Shown: piece after piece, positions 45,540-55,009 of the stretch
Position numbering within the stretch: position 1 is the first letter of the stretch
Layout: every line of letters begins with the position of its first letter
Assembly: GCA_964573695.1 (NCBI GenBank)
Contig: CAZNKB010000002.1
Coordinates: forward strand, 109,898-173,897
Direction of reading: 5' to 3'
Origin: an uncultured Gammaproteobacteria bacterium
GTDB taxonomy: Bacteria; Patescibacteriota; Microgenomatia; UBA10105; UBA927
DNA length: 64,000 bases
Program-made: the position numbers and the translations under genes
The notes under the pieces: model-generated
What the model saw: the letters and a program-made list of their open reading frames with translations, nothing else
Databases searched by the model: none
What the model was told of the DNA's origin: nothing

Positions 45540-47507
45540 TTACAGTGCCACTTCCGTGTCAGTATCCAACGTGATTTTTTTGCGGTCCTTGCCCCCCAGG
45601 CGGATCAACCATTCCTGACCGTTAGTTCCCGGCTGTTTTTGGATAAGCAATCGATACTTACCGTCGGGCGAGGTGACGGGAGATGTATAGGTAAGCTCGA
45701 TCCGTGCCGTTCCCATGGGATTGACGATCAAAAATCCTTCAAATACCGTTTTCCCCAAATCACTGTATGTATCCATAGGCTTGGCTTTGCCGTCTGTCGG
45801 CGAAATCACACCCTTACTCTCAACGAGCGAGCTCCCGGCAGGGGCATAGACCCGTACCCAATTGCGAAGCGGTGCGTTAAGACATAGTCCTCCGCTTTCC
45901 AAACCGCAGTCACTGCCCTTATATGGATTTTTGTAGTCAATCGTCAGCTTGGTCGTGAGTGTACCGCCATTGACTGTCACGTCTTTTGTCACTTTTTCGC
46001 TGACGAACATGTTGGACTTGGCTCCCGCCATATTGCTGTTGTTGACGTGTATGTAGTCCCAACCGTTTCCTTCTTTGTACGCAAGCAAGGTCGCGGTTTC
46101 TGATGCGGTCATAATGCGTCCGGCCATATTGAAACTCTCGGAAGCCTTCTGGGCATCTGGCTCGAGGAAATAAGCCAACACGTGTTTTTGGTTTACCTCC
46201 GCCAACAGCATCTGGAAAAGCTTCCCCCAGTATTGCGAAGGGGACACGCCCAGGGCTTTTTGCATAAGCTGCTGGAGCAACGTGCCGATTATATCTTTGC
46301 GTTCGGTCCTCACGTAGTTGACCGGCCTGGTCGAATAATCCTCAAGCTCGTATACTGCCCTTGGACAATCACATCGCTTATCTATATCAGCAGAAAACAC
46401 TCTGCCGCCGATCGTCTCAGAGCCAAGTATTTTGAGCGCTTCCACCAATACATGCGTATCAACGGCGATAATGCCGTCAATTTTTTCTTTGCCGGCGGCC
46501 GTATCGTACATTTTGAGGAACTGCTGCATGGATGCCTTGTAATCCGGACTCAAGTTGCTATCCCGGATATACAGGTTATACACGTTCTTGTGAAACGTGG
46601 TAATCTCCCGGGGCGCCGGGAATTTCTGCTTGAGTGCACTATCCAGATCATAAATATCCGTCGATTTTTCGAGGATCATTTTACCTTTTTCTATCCTAAA
46701 CTGTGCATACGCCGTCAAAAACCCTCCGGTAGAGCGAAGCTCTTTGTCATTTTGGAACAGCACAAGGTATCTTCTCATCTCGGGCTCCCCAAGCATGGCA
46801 GGAAGATTTACGAGCAGCGGCTGCGCGTTGACAAACAGATTCGCCGCATTATCGATGACATCTTTGACACCGACCAATTTTGCCCGGACGACGGTCTTGC
46901 CGATTTTGGCGGGGTATCTGTCCGGATTAATCTGATCCAGCTCCTTGCGCATGGTGTCTATTGAGCTGGCCATTTCCGTCACTTTGGGAGTCAATGCTTT
47001 CATCGTTTTTACCGCGACCTGTATGCGCTCGTCAGCAGACCCCTGGACAAATTTGCTTCCCCCCGTAAATCCCAGCAAGTCAGCGTTGGGCTCCAACGCC
47101 TCTATGGCACGATCTGCAGCATCGAGCGCAGCAAACCCTGCCGCTATCCCGTGTGATCCGTCACTTACATAAGACCCCAAAAAAGGAACATATTTAAGGG
47201 GCGTGATTTTGTTGTATTCTTGGGATAACTGGGTAAATGCCTCGCGAGTTTTAACCAACCCGTTTTTGGTTTCCGTCAAATTCTGACTCTTTAGCGCTTC
47301 TGCCGTCTGGCGACCAACCGCCGCCACGTCTTTGGCCTTTGCCATAACTCCCCGAAGAGGCAAAAGCATAATGCCGACAACCGCTACCAAAGCCAAAACA
47401 ACACCCAGCGGGATCAGGACAAATTTAATCTGGAATTTTTTTTTCATGGGGAGAGGCATCGAATCGGGTGTCGTATCAACGGTAATTTTTTTAAGTTCGT
47501 CTACCAT
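45540..47507 (-). CDS. DUF4012-like membrane-anchored protein (cell-envelope polysaccharide-associated)
   Basis: N-terminal transmembrane helix. RRYLVLFQNDKELRSTGGF resembles the DUF4012 core. 655 aa. Confidence 0.45.
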   Translation of the reverse strand: MVDELKKITVDTTPDSMPLPMKKKFQIKFVLIPLGVVLALVAVVGIMLLPLRGVMAKAKDVAAVGRQTAEALKSQNLTETKNGLVKTREAFTQLSQEYNKITPLKYVPFLGSYVSDGSHGIAAGFAALDAADRAIEALEPNADLLGFTGGSKFVQGSADERIQVAVKTMKALTPKVTEMASSIDTMRKELDQINPDRYPAKIGKTVVRAKLVGVKDVIDNAANLFVNAQPLLVNLPAMLGEPEMRRYLVLFQNDKELRSTGGFLTAYAQFRIEKGKMILEKSTDIYDLDSALKQKFPAPREITTFHKNVYNLYIRDSNLSPDYKASMQQFLKMYDTAAGKEKIDGIIAVDTHVLVEALKILGSETIGGRVFSADIDKRCDCPRAVYELEDYSTRPVNYVRTERKDIIGTLLQQLMQKALGVSPSQYWGKLFQMLLAEVNQKHVLAYFLEPDAQKASESFNMAGRIMTASETATLLAYKEGNGWDYIHVNNSNMAGAKSNMFVSEKVTKDVTVNGGTLTTKLTIDYKNPYKGSDCGLESGGLCLNAPLRNWVRVYAPAGSSLVESKGVISPTDGKAKPMDTYSDLGKTVFEGFLIVNPMGTARIELTYTSPVTSPDGKYRLLIQKQPGTNGQEWLIRLGGKDRKKITLDTDTEVAL

Positions 47508-47565
47508 GGAATAATTGTCGGGTTTGTCGGTAAAAATGTCAACCCCGACAAGAAAAAAATGACGC

Positions 47566-48201
47566 CTACACCGCGCCTTTGCCCGAAATCATCGCCCACG
47601 GGCTCTTGAGTAATATATACAGATCCAGGAATAACGACCGTTTCAGCACATAATCCGCGTCAAGCTTGATCCTTTTGTCGAAATTCACTTCGCTTCGCCC
47701 CGATACCTGCCAATATCCGGTGATGCCGGGCCGGGCCGACAACACGATCTGAACCAATTCCTTGGTGTGCGGATATTTGCGCTGTTGCTCCACCAGCTCA
47801 TCGGCGTAATACGGCCGCGGACCCACCAGACTCATGTCCCCCTTGAGTACGTTGAGAAACTGGGGTATCTCATCGAGGGAATGTTTCCTTATAAACCTAC
47901 CGACGGCGGTCACCCGAGGATCCACGCGCAGTTTGTAGCTATTGCGTTTGTATTCCTGATACAACTTCTTGAGTTTGGGGTCCGTACGCAGCTTGATATG
48001 CGCGTTTACGATCATCGACCGGAACTTAAAGAGTTTAAACGGCCGACCGTCCTTGCCTACCCGCGACGGGGTATCGGCAAATATTGGCCCCGGACTATCG
48101 AGCACTATAGCAAGTGCCACCACCACGCTGACCGGGAAAAAAATAATCGCAAGCACCAAGCTTCCGGAAATATCGATAATCCGCTTGAGAATTGTATACA
48201 T
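47566..48201 (-). CDS. Sugar transferase (small monotopic phosphoglycosyl transferase, Bac_transf/PglC-like)
   Basis: Re-entrant helix, then KDGRPFKLFKFRSM ... PGITG motifs. Confidence 0.8.
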   Translation of the reverse strand: MYTILKRIIDISGSLVLAIIFFPVSVVVALAIVLDSPGPIFADTPSRVGKDGRPFKLFKFRSMIVNAHIKLRTDPKLKKLYQEYKRNSYKLRVDPRVTAVGRFIRKHSLDEIPQFLNVLKGDMSLVGPRPYYADELVEQQRKYPHTKELVQIVLSARPGITGYWQVSGRSEVNFDKRIKLDADYVLKRSLFLDLYILLKSPWAMISGKGAV

Positions 48202-49287
48202 TTAAGTGAGATGGTCGTTTTCTGTTCCCTGCATGGACTCCACAAGTTTTTTCACTTTGGGAACCGACTTTTTCCGGCACACGAGCAGTACGTCATCGGT
48301 ATTGACCACCAATACGTCCTCCATGTCTATCGTGACCACCAATTGCTTGTTATTATAGTTATATACCAGACTATCTGACGTATCGGTAAGCATCACTTTT
48401 CCCTGGGCGACGTTTTTTTCCTTCGATTCTTCCAACGCTTCTTTGAGAGCTTCCCATGCTCCTATGTCGCTCCAATCGATATTGTCAGACACCACGAGCG
48501 CATCCTTGGCATCTAGTTTTTCCAGTATCGCGTTATCGAAACTGATTTTTTCCAGCGTCGGATATATCTCGTCCAACACATCATGAAACGAAGGAGTCTT
48601 CCAGGCCTCGGCAATTTTGGATATGCTTTTGGCAAGGTTTGGGGCAAATGCTTCGTATTGCTTCCACAAAAACGCAGGAGTCGCCACAAAGTACCCCAAA
48701 TTCCACGCATGGTGACCGCTGGTAAAATATTTTTTGGCGGTATCGGCGTCCGGCCGATACTGGAAATCCTTAAACGCGTGAAACGAAATTCCCTCCACGT
48801 TTTTTAGTTCCTCGCCATAGGAAATCCAACCTAAATTTTCACTCGCGAATCGGGGTTTTTGGGAAACGAATACGATTTTGTCGGGATCTTTTTTGACGAT
48901 GTCTCCTGCTACCCGAAGAATTTTCCGAAACAATTCCTGTTTACGCACCAAATGATCGCTCCACAAAATCACCATTGGTTCATCCGGTGTTTCTTTCGCA
49001 AGAAGCGCCGTCATAAGGCCTACGGCAGGGCCGACGTCACGTACCTGAGGCTCGCCGATCACATGCCGGGGAGGCAGGTGTTCCAATTGGCCCTCCACGA
49101 GAGGCAGATATTGCTTACCGGTCGAAATGTAGATATCGTTCCAGGAAAAATCCGGCAACAACCGTTCTGCGGCCAGCTGGAGCGTCGATTTGTCTCCGAT
49201 AATTTTTTCAAACTGCTTGGGCGACTTTTTTCGGGACAGTGGCCATAATCGGGTCCCGACTCCCCCTGCGAAAATTATTGCTTTCAT
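48202..49287 (-). CDS. manC: Mannose-1-phosphate guanylyltransferase (GDP-mannose pyrophosphorylase)
   Basis: MKAIIFAGGVGTRLWPLSRKKSPKQF N-terminus. Confidence 0.75.
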   Translation of the reverse strand: MKAIIFAGGVGTRLWPLSRKKSPKQFEKIIGDKSTLQLAAERLLPDFSWNDIYISTGKQYLPLVEGQLEHLPPRHVIGEPQVRDVGPAVGLMTALLAKETPDEPMVILWSDHLVRKQELFRKILRVAGDIVKKDPDKIVFVSQKPRFASENLGWISYGEELKNVEGISFHAFKDFQYRPDADTAKKYFTSGHHAWNLGYFVATPAFLWKQYEAFAPNLAKSISKIAEAWKTPSFHDVLDEIYPTLEKISFDNAILEKLDAKDALVVSDNIDWSDIGAWEALKEALEESKEKNVAQGKVMLTDTSDSLVYNYNNKQLVVTIDMEDVLVVNTDDVLLVCRKKSVPKVKKLVESMQGTENDHLT

Positions 49288-50411
49288 AATGAATGTTGTT
49301 TCTTATACAGCGAATTTACTAACGCATGTATACGATTTCGAAACTGCCGCTCTCCCAAATGTCTCACTTGGTTACGACACGAACGGGCGGAAAACTCACG
49401 TGTCCCAAATACGGTTACCGCTTCGATCAATGACTCCGGTGTCTGCTCATCGAATAACACACCGGATACGTTTTCCTTCACAATTTCGGCAACCCCACTT
49501 TGACGGTATGCGATCACCGGAATCCCGACTGCCTGCGCTTCAGCAGGAGCCAGTCCGAAGTCTTCATCCGCCGCATACACAAATGCACGACATCCCTCAT
49601 AATATCGAACCAGCTCAGAATCTGTCAAATAACGATCTATAAACCGTATGGTCGGACCGGCTAACGAACGCAACTCCCGTTTCTGACGACCGTCTCCGAT
49701 GATGACAAGCGGAAGACGCAGGTGATTAAAGGCCTTGATGACAATATCGAGCCGTTTATAACTGACGAGCCGCGATACCGTCAGGAAATATTGACCTTTT
49801 TTTTGAGGTCCCGTTTTGAGGGATGTTTGAAAAACCTCCGGGCTGACGGGCGGATAAATCACGTCATGTACTTCCCGATGATAATAGGTTTCTATACGGC
49901 TTTTGACCCGGCTGGAGATCGCAATATAGTAGTCTGGCCGGCTCGCCGCGACGATGTCCCACTGTCGCAGCGTGGGAGCAAGCATCTCCAGCCCCATGGC
50001 AGCCATACTACTGAACATGCCAAATCCAGGCTGACTCATGTACTGCTCAAATCCGCTCCATAAGTACCTGGTCGGGGTAAGACAGTAACAAATATGAAGC
50101 GTACCTGGTTTTGTGATGACGTTTTTGGCTTCAGCACTGGTTACCGACACTACCACGTCGTATTCGTCAAACGTAAATGACTCGAACGCGATCGGCGTCA
50201 GGCCCAATAGCGATTCATGCGCGTGTGTGGCAAACGGAATACGCTGCAAAAACGAAGGTTTCACCGCAAATACATCGGCCCATGAGGCCCGTTTCTTATC
50301 ATAAACCGCAGTAAAAAGCGGAGCCGACGGCCAGATTTTATGCAATGCGAGCAGTACGCGCTCAGCACCTCCCCACTTGTTTACCCGGTCATATACGAGC
50401 GCAACGTTCAT
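49284..50411 (-). CDS. Glycosyltransferase family 4
   Basis: GT-B fold with EX7E-like C-terminal region (GLAPAEAQAVGIPVIAY). Start set at MNVALVYDR. Confidence 0.75.
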   Translation of the reverse strand: MNVALVYDRVNKWGGAERVLLALHKIWPSAPLFTAVYDKKRASWADVFAVKPSFLQRIPFATHAHESLLGLTPIAFESFTFDEYDVVVSVTSAEAKNVITKPGTLHICYCLTPTRYLWSGFEQYMSQPGFGMFSSMAAMGLEMLAPTLRQWDIVAASRPDYYIAISSRVKSRIETYYHREVHDVIYPPVSPEVFQTSLKTGPQKKGQYFLTVSRLVSYKRLDIVIKAFNHLRLPLVIIGDGRQKRELRSLAGPTIRFIDRYLTDSELVRYYEGCRAFVYAADEDFGLAPAEAQAVGIPVIAYRQSGVAEIVKENVSGVLFDEQTPESLIEAVTVFGTREFSARSCRNQVRHLGERQFRNRIHALVNSLYKKQHSL

Positions 50412-51510
50412 AAAGTGATAATGTTTCCTGTGCCATACGCATCCATGAATAAGCATCGAAACCTATCCGGGCACGGCTCTTTACTTGACTCTTGTTCGTT
50501 CTCGTATCTCCAACACTTGCTAGAGCCGATGCGATACTGTCCGGATTTTTCGGATCAACGTATTGTACACGATCACCCAAAATTTCATGAAATACCCCAA
50601 TATCGGAAACGATAACCGGGCACCCCAACGAAAGCGCTTCCAGTGCGGGCAACCCAAAGCCCTCCATGAGCGAGGGAAAAACAAACGCGACCGCATGAGT
50701 ATAAAGACTCGTAAGCTCCCTGTCGTTTGCCGAACCGAAAAAGACGACGGATGATTCGAGATGCAACTCGTGTACGCGCGCCTTTAGGGCCCGGTAAAAA
50801 AAATCTTCCCCTCCGACGAGTACGAGTTTGGGCGTCGGTTTATGTTCCCGGCGTTTGACATACAGCACATACGCGCGTAGCAACGTTTCAACATTTTTGT
50901 GCGGGTAGGCATTCCCCACGTAAAGAAAATACGGTTCCGGCTCAATACGTTTGACAGGACGTTCTTGCGTGTCCGAAATACGTGAATCGACTCCTTCGTA
51001 CGTCACGATAATTTTTTCTGACGGGACATGAAAGTGATCCATAATCTCCTGCTTCGTAGACTGGGAAACGGCGATGACGCCAGCCGCTCGCCTTAGCCCC
51101 ACCCAAAGCTCTATCCAATATCCCAGCCTCTTGAGAACATAAAGCGGCAATGGCAATGTGGTTGCTTTGCCGGTCGCAAAATGCAGGATCGTCAGATCGT
51201 GAATCGTGAGTATCATCCTCCCCCCGTAAAAAATCGGCGGGTTATGATAGGGAATATGCACAAGATCGAGGTGATGTGAACGGAATAACCTTGGCATGAC
51301 AAACTGCTCCGACACCGTATGCCAATGCACCATGGCCTTAACTTTGCTCCAACGCGAATTCGGAAGCGAAAATCCCGCGAAACCCTTTGGCGGCAAAAAG
51401 ACGACATAATTGTTTGTCGCATCAAGGACGCTGAGTTCATTAATAAGATTACGGATATACCGTCCCACCCCGGTTTCGTCGATAAGTCTTGCGTCAATTC
51501 CTATGTTCAT
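50389..51510 (-). CDS. Glycosyltransferase family 4
   Basis: GT-B fold. FPSLMEGFGLPALEALSLGCPVIVSD. Start set at MNIGIDARL (51510) because the upstream gene ends at 51515. Confidence 0.75.
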   Translation of the reverse strand: MNIGIDARLIDETGVGRYIRNLINELSVLDATNNYVVFLPPKGFAGFSLPNSRWSKVKAMVHWHTVSEQFVMPRLFRSHHLDLVHIPYHNPPIFYGGRMILTIHDLTILHFATGKATTLPLPLYVLKRLGYWIELWVGLRRAAGVIAVSQSTKQEIMDHFHVPSEKIIVTYEGVDSRISDTQERPVKRIEPEPYFLYVGNAYPHKNVETLLRAYVLYVKRREHKPTPKLVLVGGEDFFYRALKARVHELHLESSVVFFGSANDRELTSLYTHAVAFVFPSLMEGFGLPALEALSLGCPVIVSDIGVFHEILGDRVQYVDPKNPDSIASALASVGDTRTNKSQVKSRARIGFDAYSWMRMAQETLSLYERCARI

Positions 51511-51514
51511 ACGG

Positions 51515-52417
51515 TTATATTCCAAATTTTTCAAGCATAAAAATCCGCGTTTTGTAGACTGTGTCAACCAAAAATGTGAGGATCGGACCGTACTTTTTGG
51601 CGTAGTTTTTCGTGTAAAAGAGCCAATTGTATCTGTGAAAATAGATTTCTGTGGTAACGCGACGTTTATGCAATATGTTTGCGCGTCCGCTTTGCTTTTT
51701 TTTGTGAAGTATGGTGACGGTTGGGTTAAACCATATACTCCAACCACGATTGCGTATCCTGTACGCCCAGTCGATATCCTCACCGTACATAAAATATTCC
51801 TCATCCAGTAAACCAACCTCACGTATTACTTCACGCCGGACGAGAAAAAACGCTCCGACGATACAGTCTACCTCGTGTATACGGGACACATCTTTGTACC
51901 CCTGATGATATTCTCCGAAAAGTCGAGTCCGGGGAAACAATTTTTCCAACTTCAGCAAGTACGTAAAAGATACCCACGGTGTTGGAAATCCTCGGTGACA
52001 AGCCGGATCCATAGTGCCGTCCGGAAGCAACAGTTTGCAGGTCGCTGCCCCCGCTTTAGGATGCTCGTCCATAAACGCGATCATCGTACGTATCGTATCG
52101 GGAGGCGTTTCCGTATCGGTATTGAGAAGCAATATGTATCTGCCTTTTGCGCGTTTGATTCCGGGATTATTTCCGGCGGCAAACCCGAAATTTTTGCCGT
52201 TCTGTATAAAGATAACACCCGGAAATTCCTTCTTTATCATGTCCGCGCTGTTGTCTGTCGACCCATTATCGGCAACGATCACTTCCATGGTATACGGGCC
52301 CAGTTCGGACTGAAGCAGGGTTACAAGACACACGCGTGTAAGATCTCTGGTGTTGTAATTTAATATAACGACGGACAGATCGGGATTATTTTTTGGCATA
52401 TGCTTCTTTCCAGACAC
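51515..52417 (-). CDS. Glycosyltransferase family 2
   Basis: LSVVILNYNTRDL...VADNGSTD...LNTD GT-A motifs. Confidence 0.75.
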   Translation of the reverse strand: MSGKKHMPKNNPDLSVVILNYNTRDLTRVCLVTLLQSELGPYTMEVIVADNGSTDNSADMIKKEFPGVIFIQNGKNFGFAAGNNPGIKRAKGRYILLLNTDTETPPDTIRTMIAFMDEHPKAGAATCKLLLPDGTMDPACHRGFPTPWVSFTYLLKLEKLFPRTRLFGEYHQGYKDVSRIHEVDCIVGAFFLVRREVIREVGLLDEEYFMYGEDIDWAYRIRNRGWSIWFNPTVTILHKKKQSGRANILHKRRVTTEIYFHRYNWLFYTKNYAKKYGPILTFLVDTVYKTRIFMLEKFGI

Positions 52418-53570
52418 CCTCTAGCGCCTTGGCAATATGGTCCCAACTATACTGCTGTATCACGCGTGCACGCGCTTTCGCAGTCACCTCAAGCGTGAGT
52501 TTCGTATTATCCCACACAGCGCCAACCTGCGCGATAAATTCTTCCGGAGTCTCTGCCTCAAAATAATGAATGCCGGCAGTTACTTCCAGTCCGCTCATCC
52601 CCTGAGGGGTCGTCACAACTGGGACACCGCTTGCCATGGCCTCCAGCATTTTGAACTTCGTCCCTCCCGAAATCGCATGAGGGGCTACCAGCACGTCAGA
52701 CTCTGCATATACCTCGGCAATATTTTCCACGTGTTCCCGCGCCTCACCCCCTGACACCCGCACCCGGGCAGAAAGACGTTTGGGTATATCGCGGCCGACG
52801 ACAAGAAGTTTCGATTGCGGAAACCGCGCCCTGATACCCGGCCAGATATTACTGACCAGCACTTCTGCCGCTTGCCGGTTGGGGAGCCAGCGGAAATTGC
52901 CCGTAAACAACACGACGGGACTCACGTTTTTCTGTACCTTCCGGTACGGAAAGGAAGTACCGTCTACACCGTTTGGAACCACCGTGACGGGATGACTCAG
53001 ATACTCCTCCATGACCGCAGCGTCTTCTTTCGACACAGCCGTGAGTTTGTCTGCAGCTCTCCATGCTGTGTGTTCCCATTTTTTCAGTTTGTCTACATCG
53101 CGGGCAAGCAGCTGATGTACCAAATATCCGGAATACAGATCCGCATACGCACCGTATACGTCGTACTCTATATTATGCTCGGATATGACGAGCGGCGTGT
53201 TAATTGTCGGGAGTGCCGGCAGCACATAAAACGGCTCGATATGGACAACGTCAAACGGGCCGCCTTTTAGAAGATCGCTTATGAGCTGCCTCATTTCCGT
53301 ATTGTCGTATGTAGCCAATAGCCACGGATACTTCCCCGTCAGTGCAGCCCATATGTATGTAGGCAGCCATGCCCTGCCGCGCATAACCACTTCCACGTTC
53401 CGGCAAAACGAAAGATTTTTTTTGTACTCACGCTCGCTTGTGTCACGGATAAAAGAAACGAGCGTAATTTCATGACGCACGCTTAGTGCTTTGAGCAAGT
53501 TATACATCCGGATTTGTCCGCCCGAGTACAGCGGCCACGGCATTACTGCGGAAACGAATAATATTTTCAT
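52386..53570 (-). CDS. Glycosyltransferase family 4
   Basis: MKILFVSAVMPWPLYSGGQIR N-terminus. C-terminal GT1-type domain. Confidence 0.75.
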   Translation of the reverse strand: MKILFVSAVMPWPLYSGGQIRMYNLLKALSVRHEITLVSFIRDTSEREYKKNLSFCRNVEVVMRGRAWLPTYIWAALTGKYPWLLATYDNTEMRQLISDLLKGGPFDVVHIEPFYVLPALPTINTPLVISEHNIEYDVYGAYADLYSGYLVHQLLARDVDKLKKWEHTAWRAADKLTAVSKEDAAVMEEYLSHPVTVVPNGVDGTSFPYRKVQKNVSPVVLFTGNFRWLPNRQAAEVLVSNIWPGIRARFPQSKLLVVGRDIPKRLSARVRVSGGEAREHVENIAEVYAESDVLVAPHAISGGTKFKMLEAMASGVPVVTTPQGMSGLEVTAGIHYFEAETPEEFIAQVGAVWDNTKLTLEVTAKARARVIQQYSWDHIAKALEGVWKEAYAKK

Positions 53571-55009
53571 GGAGCTTTGTGTGTGGTAAGGTCTATAATG
53601 GCGAATTTTTCGTTTCGCACAAGAACCGTATAAGTTTTGGCGAGCGTCATGGTTTCCCAGTCGTCATCCGTAGGCGACACCGTGACATAATGCGTGGCTC
53701 CCATTTTGAGCTTTTGGTCTATATCAAATCCGAGCGGCCACCCCTGGCGTTTGGTTTGATAAAGAAATGTCGTATCGCCGTTGTAGGGGGCGATCACTTT
53801 CGCATCTTTCGGCAGCAGGTTGTCTGCCATAATTCCTGCCTCTATAATTTCCGGCCGGTTAATCCAGTAATACGTCCGCATGGTGTACCACGAAAACGCA
53901 AGCGTGAATAGACAGCTGACGATAAGCACGCCGTAGCGGGCAACAGAGGAAAACGTTTTTTCGGCGATAAGAAATGCTATTCCGCGCGCGACATATATGC
54001 TTATAACCGGCAACAGCAGTATCTGGTAATAATCATGCTGCACGTTGCCCGCTGCAAAAACCGTAACATACAACAGTCCGCCTGAAGCCATAATGGGAAA
54101 CAGCCAGCCCTCCTTTTTGCCCGGGCGCACCAGGAATCCCAAAGCAAGCGGCACGATGCCCCAGTATCCCAATATGAGTTCTGCCAACCGTTTGGCGAAA
54201 ATCCACTGGAACCATGCGCCTTTGAACCGGATGTTCCCCTTGTTGAGCAGCCAGTCAAACACGGGAATCCCCTCGGGATACTGCAGTATCCATACCCGCC
54301 AGCCATAAAACGGCAGCAGGCAGATAAGCGCATATAAAGCAAGACGGATCAATGAGGCAACGGACAGTTTATGCCGCATCAGGATAACATACGGCACCGG
54401 CAGCAGCAGAAAACCAGCCGTGGGCTTTACGAGTATTGCTATGGCTCCCGCGACAGCCGAAGCTACTATACCCCACATACTGCTTTTTGTACTACTCATC
54501 GCCGTAAAACTCAGGTAGATACTCAGCATCGCCCAAAACACTGCAAATGTCTCGGGTAGTATCGAGCGGCCATAAAACACGCTGTACGGAAGTATGGCAT
54601 AAACCAGGCCGGCCATAACGGCTGTAAGCGGTGTCCCAATCTCAAAAAGGAGCAGCATGATAAGTACGGCAGTTCCTGCAGCCGCAAAAATAGTGACAAG
54701 GCGGAGCCATATGTCGACGGAAATAGCGGGAAATTGCCGTGCTGCGGCGGCTGCTACCCCCTGATACAGCGGAAATTCCACCATGCGCCAGCCATTGGGA
54801 TTGTCCTTGCCCGACTGGATATTGGACAGATCCTGGTACCGTGGATGCAGTAAATCTATATTACTTGCCGCATACATCTGCGCGACGGACGCCGTATCTG
54901 TCTGACGGAAACTGTGCCAGTCGGCAACAGGCGCGGTCACACGGTAGAGCCTGAGAGCAATCGTCAGAAGACCCACAAGAACAATAAATATCCAGTACCG
55001 TTTTTTCAT
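53567..55009 (-). CDS. GT-C fold polytopic membrane glycosyltransferase (ArnT/PMT family 39/83-like)
   Basis: 480 aa, about 11 transmembrane helices. N-terminal loop HSFRQTDTA. Confidence 0.45.
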   Translation of the reverse strand: MKKRYWIFIVLVGLLTIALRLYRVTAPVADWHSFRQTDTASVAQMYAASNIDLLHPRYQDLSNIQSGKDNPNGWRMVEFPLYQGVAAAAARQFPAISVDIWLRLVTIFAAAGTAVLIMLLLFEIGTPLTAVMAGLVYAILPYSVFYGRSILPETFAVFWAMLSIYLSFTAMSSTKSSMWGIVASAVAGAIAILVKPTAGFLLLPVPYVILMRHKLSVASLIRLALYALICLLPFYGWRVWILQYPEGIPVFDWLLNKGNIRFKGAWFQWIFAKRLAELILGYWGIVPLALGFLVRPGKKEGWLFPIMASGGLLYVTVFAAGNVQHDYYQILLLPVISIYVARGIAFLIAEKTFSSVARYGVLIVSCLFTLAFSWYTMRTYYWINRPEIIEAGIMADNLLPKDAKVIAPYNGDTTFLYQTKRQGWPLGFDIDQKLKMGATHYVTVSPTDDDWETMTLAKTYTVLVRNEKFAIIDLTTHKAP